IMG/VR virus record: IMGVR_UViG_3300009000_000003
Source: a virus
Strand: one strand, 5' to 3'
Length of the DNA: 64,000 nucleotides
Of the stretch, positions 62,202 through 64,000 are shown piece by piece. The first letter of the stretch is position 1, and the number at the start of each line of letters is the position of its first letter. The notes under the pieces are model-generated. The model did not search any database. It saw nothing but the letters and a program-made list of their open reading frames with translations, and had not been told where the DNA came from. The translations under genes and the position numbers were made by a program.

Positions 62202-62429
62202 ATGCCATTAGATCCAAATAATAATTTTGATAGAATTACTTTAAATAGAATTTCTAATCTTGAAGAAAGAATTAGAGACTTATTTACAGTTCAAAACAAT
62301 CTTGTATCTAATGCACAAGTATCAGAACTACTTACAGCTATATCAACAGAACTTAGCGTGATTAAAGAAACGCTAAGCTCATTAGAAAAAAGAGTAAGTA
62401 TTTTAGAAGATATTCCAGAAATTAATTAA
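62202..62429 (+). CDS. Small coiled-coil hypothetical protein, last gene of the + strand operon
   Basis: RISNLEERI...LSSLEKRVSILE heptads. Confidence 0.6.
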   Translation: MPLDPNNNFDRITLNRISNLEERIRDLFTVQNNLVSNAQVSELLTAISTELSVIKETLSSLEKRVSILEDIPEIN

Positions 62430-62556
62430 CATTTAAAACTGAATTAATTTTAGTAATAATATCTTTAATCTTTAATTTGCTAGACTCTAGATCATTAATA
62501 TTTTTTTGAATTTTTTTTAATGAATTAGAGTCTTTATTTCGTTTGCAATTACACAT
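62422..62556 (-). CDS. 44-aa hypothetical protein (below ORF-track cutoff)
   Basis: MCNCKRNKDSNSLKKIQKNINDLESSKLKIKDIITKINSVLNVN*. Overlaps the stop of the upstream - strand gene (ATGTGTAA) and fills the gap exactly. Confidence 0.45.
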   Translation of the reverse strand: MCNCKRNKDSNSLKKIQKNINDLESSKLKIKDIITKINSVLNVN

Positions 62557-62860
62557 CTTGCTCTAAGTCCTTCAACTTGTTTTTAAGGCGTGTATTTTCA
62601 GAACGTACTTTTTTAAGATCTGCTTTAAGATCAGATGCCTCTTCAGCAAGTTGAGTAAGCAAACGATTCAAGTCTTCAATTTTTTGATCAGAATCTTTTT
62701 GCAAAAGCTCTAACTCAGCTTCAAGCTCTGGACATCTAGTACATGCAGCTTGCTTAGTATTAGATTTGCAAGAAGCCAGTTGTTGTTTAAGAGAAATGAT
62801 TTCATTTTGAAGTTGAACAACTTTTTTAGCAGACGCTTGTCTTTCTTTAAATAAGCTCAT
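62549..62860 (-). CDS. Coiled-coil hypothetical protein with CxxC
   Basis: Likely start ATG 62860 after AGGA (track start 62911). Sequence MSLFKERQ...CTRC...coiled coil. Confidence 0.65.
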   Translation of the reverse strand: MSLFKERQASAKKVVQLQNEIISLKQQLASCKSNTKQAACTRCPELEAELELLQKDSDQKIEDLNRLLTQLAEEASDLKADLKKVRSENTRLKNKLKDLEQDV

Positions 62861-62862
62861 AA

Positions 62863-63360
62863 TTAAAATCCTGTAGGCTTGTGTGGAGTAAAAATGAGAT
62901 GAGGCTCCCAAGAATCAGAATCATTATTAAATGATTGATCTTTATCTAATACCACATGAATACCAATTTTATCTACTTTTACAGAAAGCACATTATCCAT
63001 ACTAATAACATTAGCGATTTGCTCTGCTAGCCACTTCTTACCTTGAACCTCCCATTGGGGGAGTTTTGTAGTATTATTAAAATCTACTACAGTAGCAACT
63101 TGAGTATTTTTATTAGAGTATGAATTAATTAAAGAAATTTCTACATCTTTAAAATGGCGACACCTTCTAAGCCAAGTAAAAATTGCAGTAGGCAATTGTT
63201 CAGCGCTGACTAAGTCAGTTAAATTTTTACCACCTGGAATTACCATTTTAAGTTGTTTGTTAATTTTAGGACCTTGTAGTTTTTTAACTAAAGATTCTTG
63301 ATTTGCAATAGAAGAATTAGTGCCTAATTGCTTGATTGCATCTGTTTTATTAATAGACAT
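62863..63360 (-). CDS. Hypothetical protein
   Basis: 165-aa ORF, tightly packed between neighbours on the - strand. Confidence 0.7.
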   Translation of the reverse strand: MSINKTDAIKQLGTNSSIANQESLVKKLQGPKINKQLKMVIPGGKNLTDLVSAEQLPTAIFTWLRRCRHFKDVEISLINSYSNKNTQVATVVDFNNTTKLPQWEVQGKKWLAEQIANVISMDNVLSVKVDKIGIHVVLDKDQSFNNDSDSWEPHLIFTPHKPTGF

Positions 63361-63998
63361 AAATTATCTCTTTTCTCAGATAAATTTGAAGTATATTTAA
63401 AGTTTTTGTTTTCAACGCTAGGTTTATAATAAGTAAGTTTATTATAAAGATACATTTTTAGATCATCGCCATCAAAATTATCTGGAATAGATAAGTCAAT
63501 ATATTTGAATGGCTCTATTATAAAATAATCAATTTCTTCAGTAGCTCTATAAAGTAAGTCTCTATTAACTTCTAAAATATATTTTCGTATAATAGAAAAG
63601 ATAAACATTTTAATTTCATTAACAATATAAAACCAAAATTTCTTTTCTTTTTTATATCTAGAAGCAGGTATATGAGCTTTTTTATTTAAGTGCAAAATAA
63701 AAGCCTCAATGCATATATCTAAAAAAGACATGTTGTTATTCTTTAAATATGTGTCTAGCAAAGAGAATTTTTTTTCTAAAGTAAAAGGAGTGCCATCATC
63801 TGCTTCTAGTAATCTTAATAAAGTATAGAAAGTTATATCTTTATAATAATTTCTGTTTTCGTAACAAGCTTGCCATACTAAAAACGTAGGAAGTATTTTA
63901 TTTAAAATATAACTATAACTTTTTTTACACTTATGTTTTTTAACAGCTATATACTTGCTTTGAAAAATCTCAAAATTTATATTGCTGTAAATAGGTAT
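63324..63998 (-). CDS. Hypothetical protein, 5' truncated at window end
   Basis: The frame of track ORF 63324..63761 stays open up to the window edge (IPIYSNINFEIFQSKY...). Confidence 0.6.
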   Translation of the reverse strand: MPIYSNINFEIFQSKYIAVKKHKCKKSYSYILNKILPTFLVWQACYENRNYYKDITFYTLLRLLEADDGTPFTLEKKFSLLDTYLKNNNMSFLDICIEAFILHLNKKAHIPASRYKKEKKFWFYIVNEIKMFIFSIIRKYILEVNRDLLYRATEEIDYFIIEPFKYIDLSIPDNFDGDDLKMYLYNKLTYYKPSVENKNFKYTSNLSEKRDNLCLLIKQMQSSN

Positions 63999-64000
63999 TA

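Noticed and set aside
1-64000. Stop-codon reassignment (code 15 or code 4) as seen in some large phages
   Set aside because: Standard code gives near-complete coding density with very long ORFs. TGA ends many genes in ATGA overlaps, and no gene needs TAG readthrough.
1-64000. CRISPR arrays, tRNA/rRNA genes, IS elements, integrase, terminase
   Set aside because: No spaced repeats or recognisable motifs. Intergenic gaps are under about 80 nt and are explained by RBSs and terminators.

Overview
AT-rich, gene-dense virion morphogenesis region of a large (probably jumbo) myovirus-type tailed bacteriophage. About 40 almost abutting + strand genes run from 1 to 62429 in this order: CHAP-like protein, portal, multidomain prohead protease/scaffold, head structural protein, major capsid, Ig-like and neck proteins, tail sheath, tail tube plus two tube paralogues, tail chaperones, two very large tape-measure-locus proteins, baseplate hub/wedge proteins, fibre-like proteins and a holin-like gene. 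They meet a convergent - strand block of small unknown genes. The most notable feature is the 2026-aa protein in the tape-measure locus (25131..31211). It carries, in the correct order, motifs resembling a single-chain two-barrel RNA polymerase (GTKxxxxxxK, MRNP, GDFDAD), so it is a candidate virion-packaged, injected RNA polymerase. Other observations: one in-frame TAA splits an M23-like/M15 baseplate hydrolase gene, the protease looks like a polyprotein with a nested scaffold start, a short peptide/DNA motif is shared by two distant genes, and a TTTACT...AGTAA element sits in front of both terminators. No tRNA, rRNA, CRISPR array, integrase or terminase was recognised. All functional calls come from motif recognition and gene order, not from database searches.
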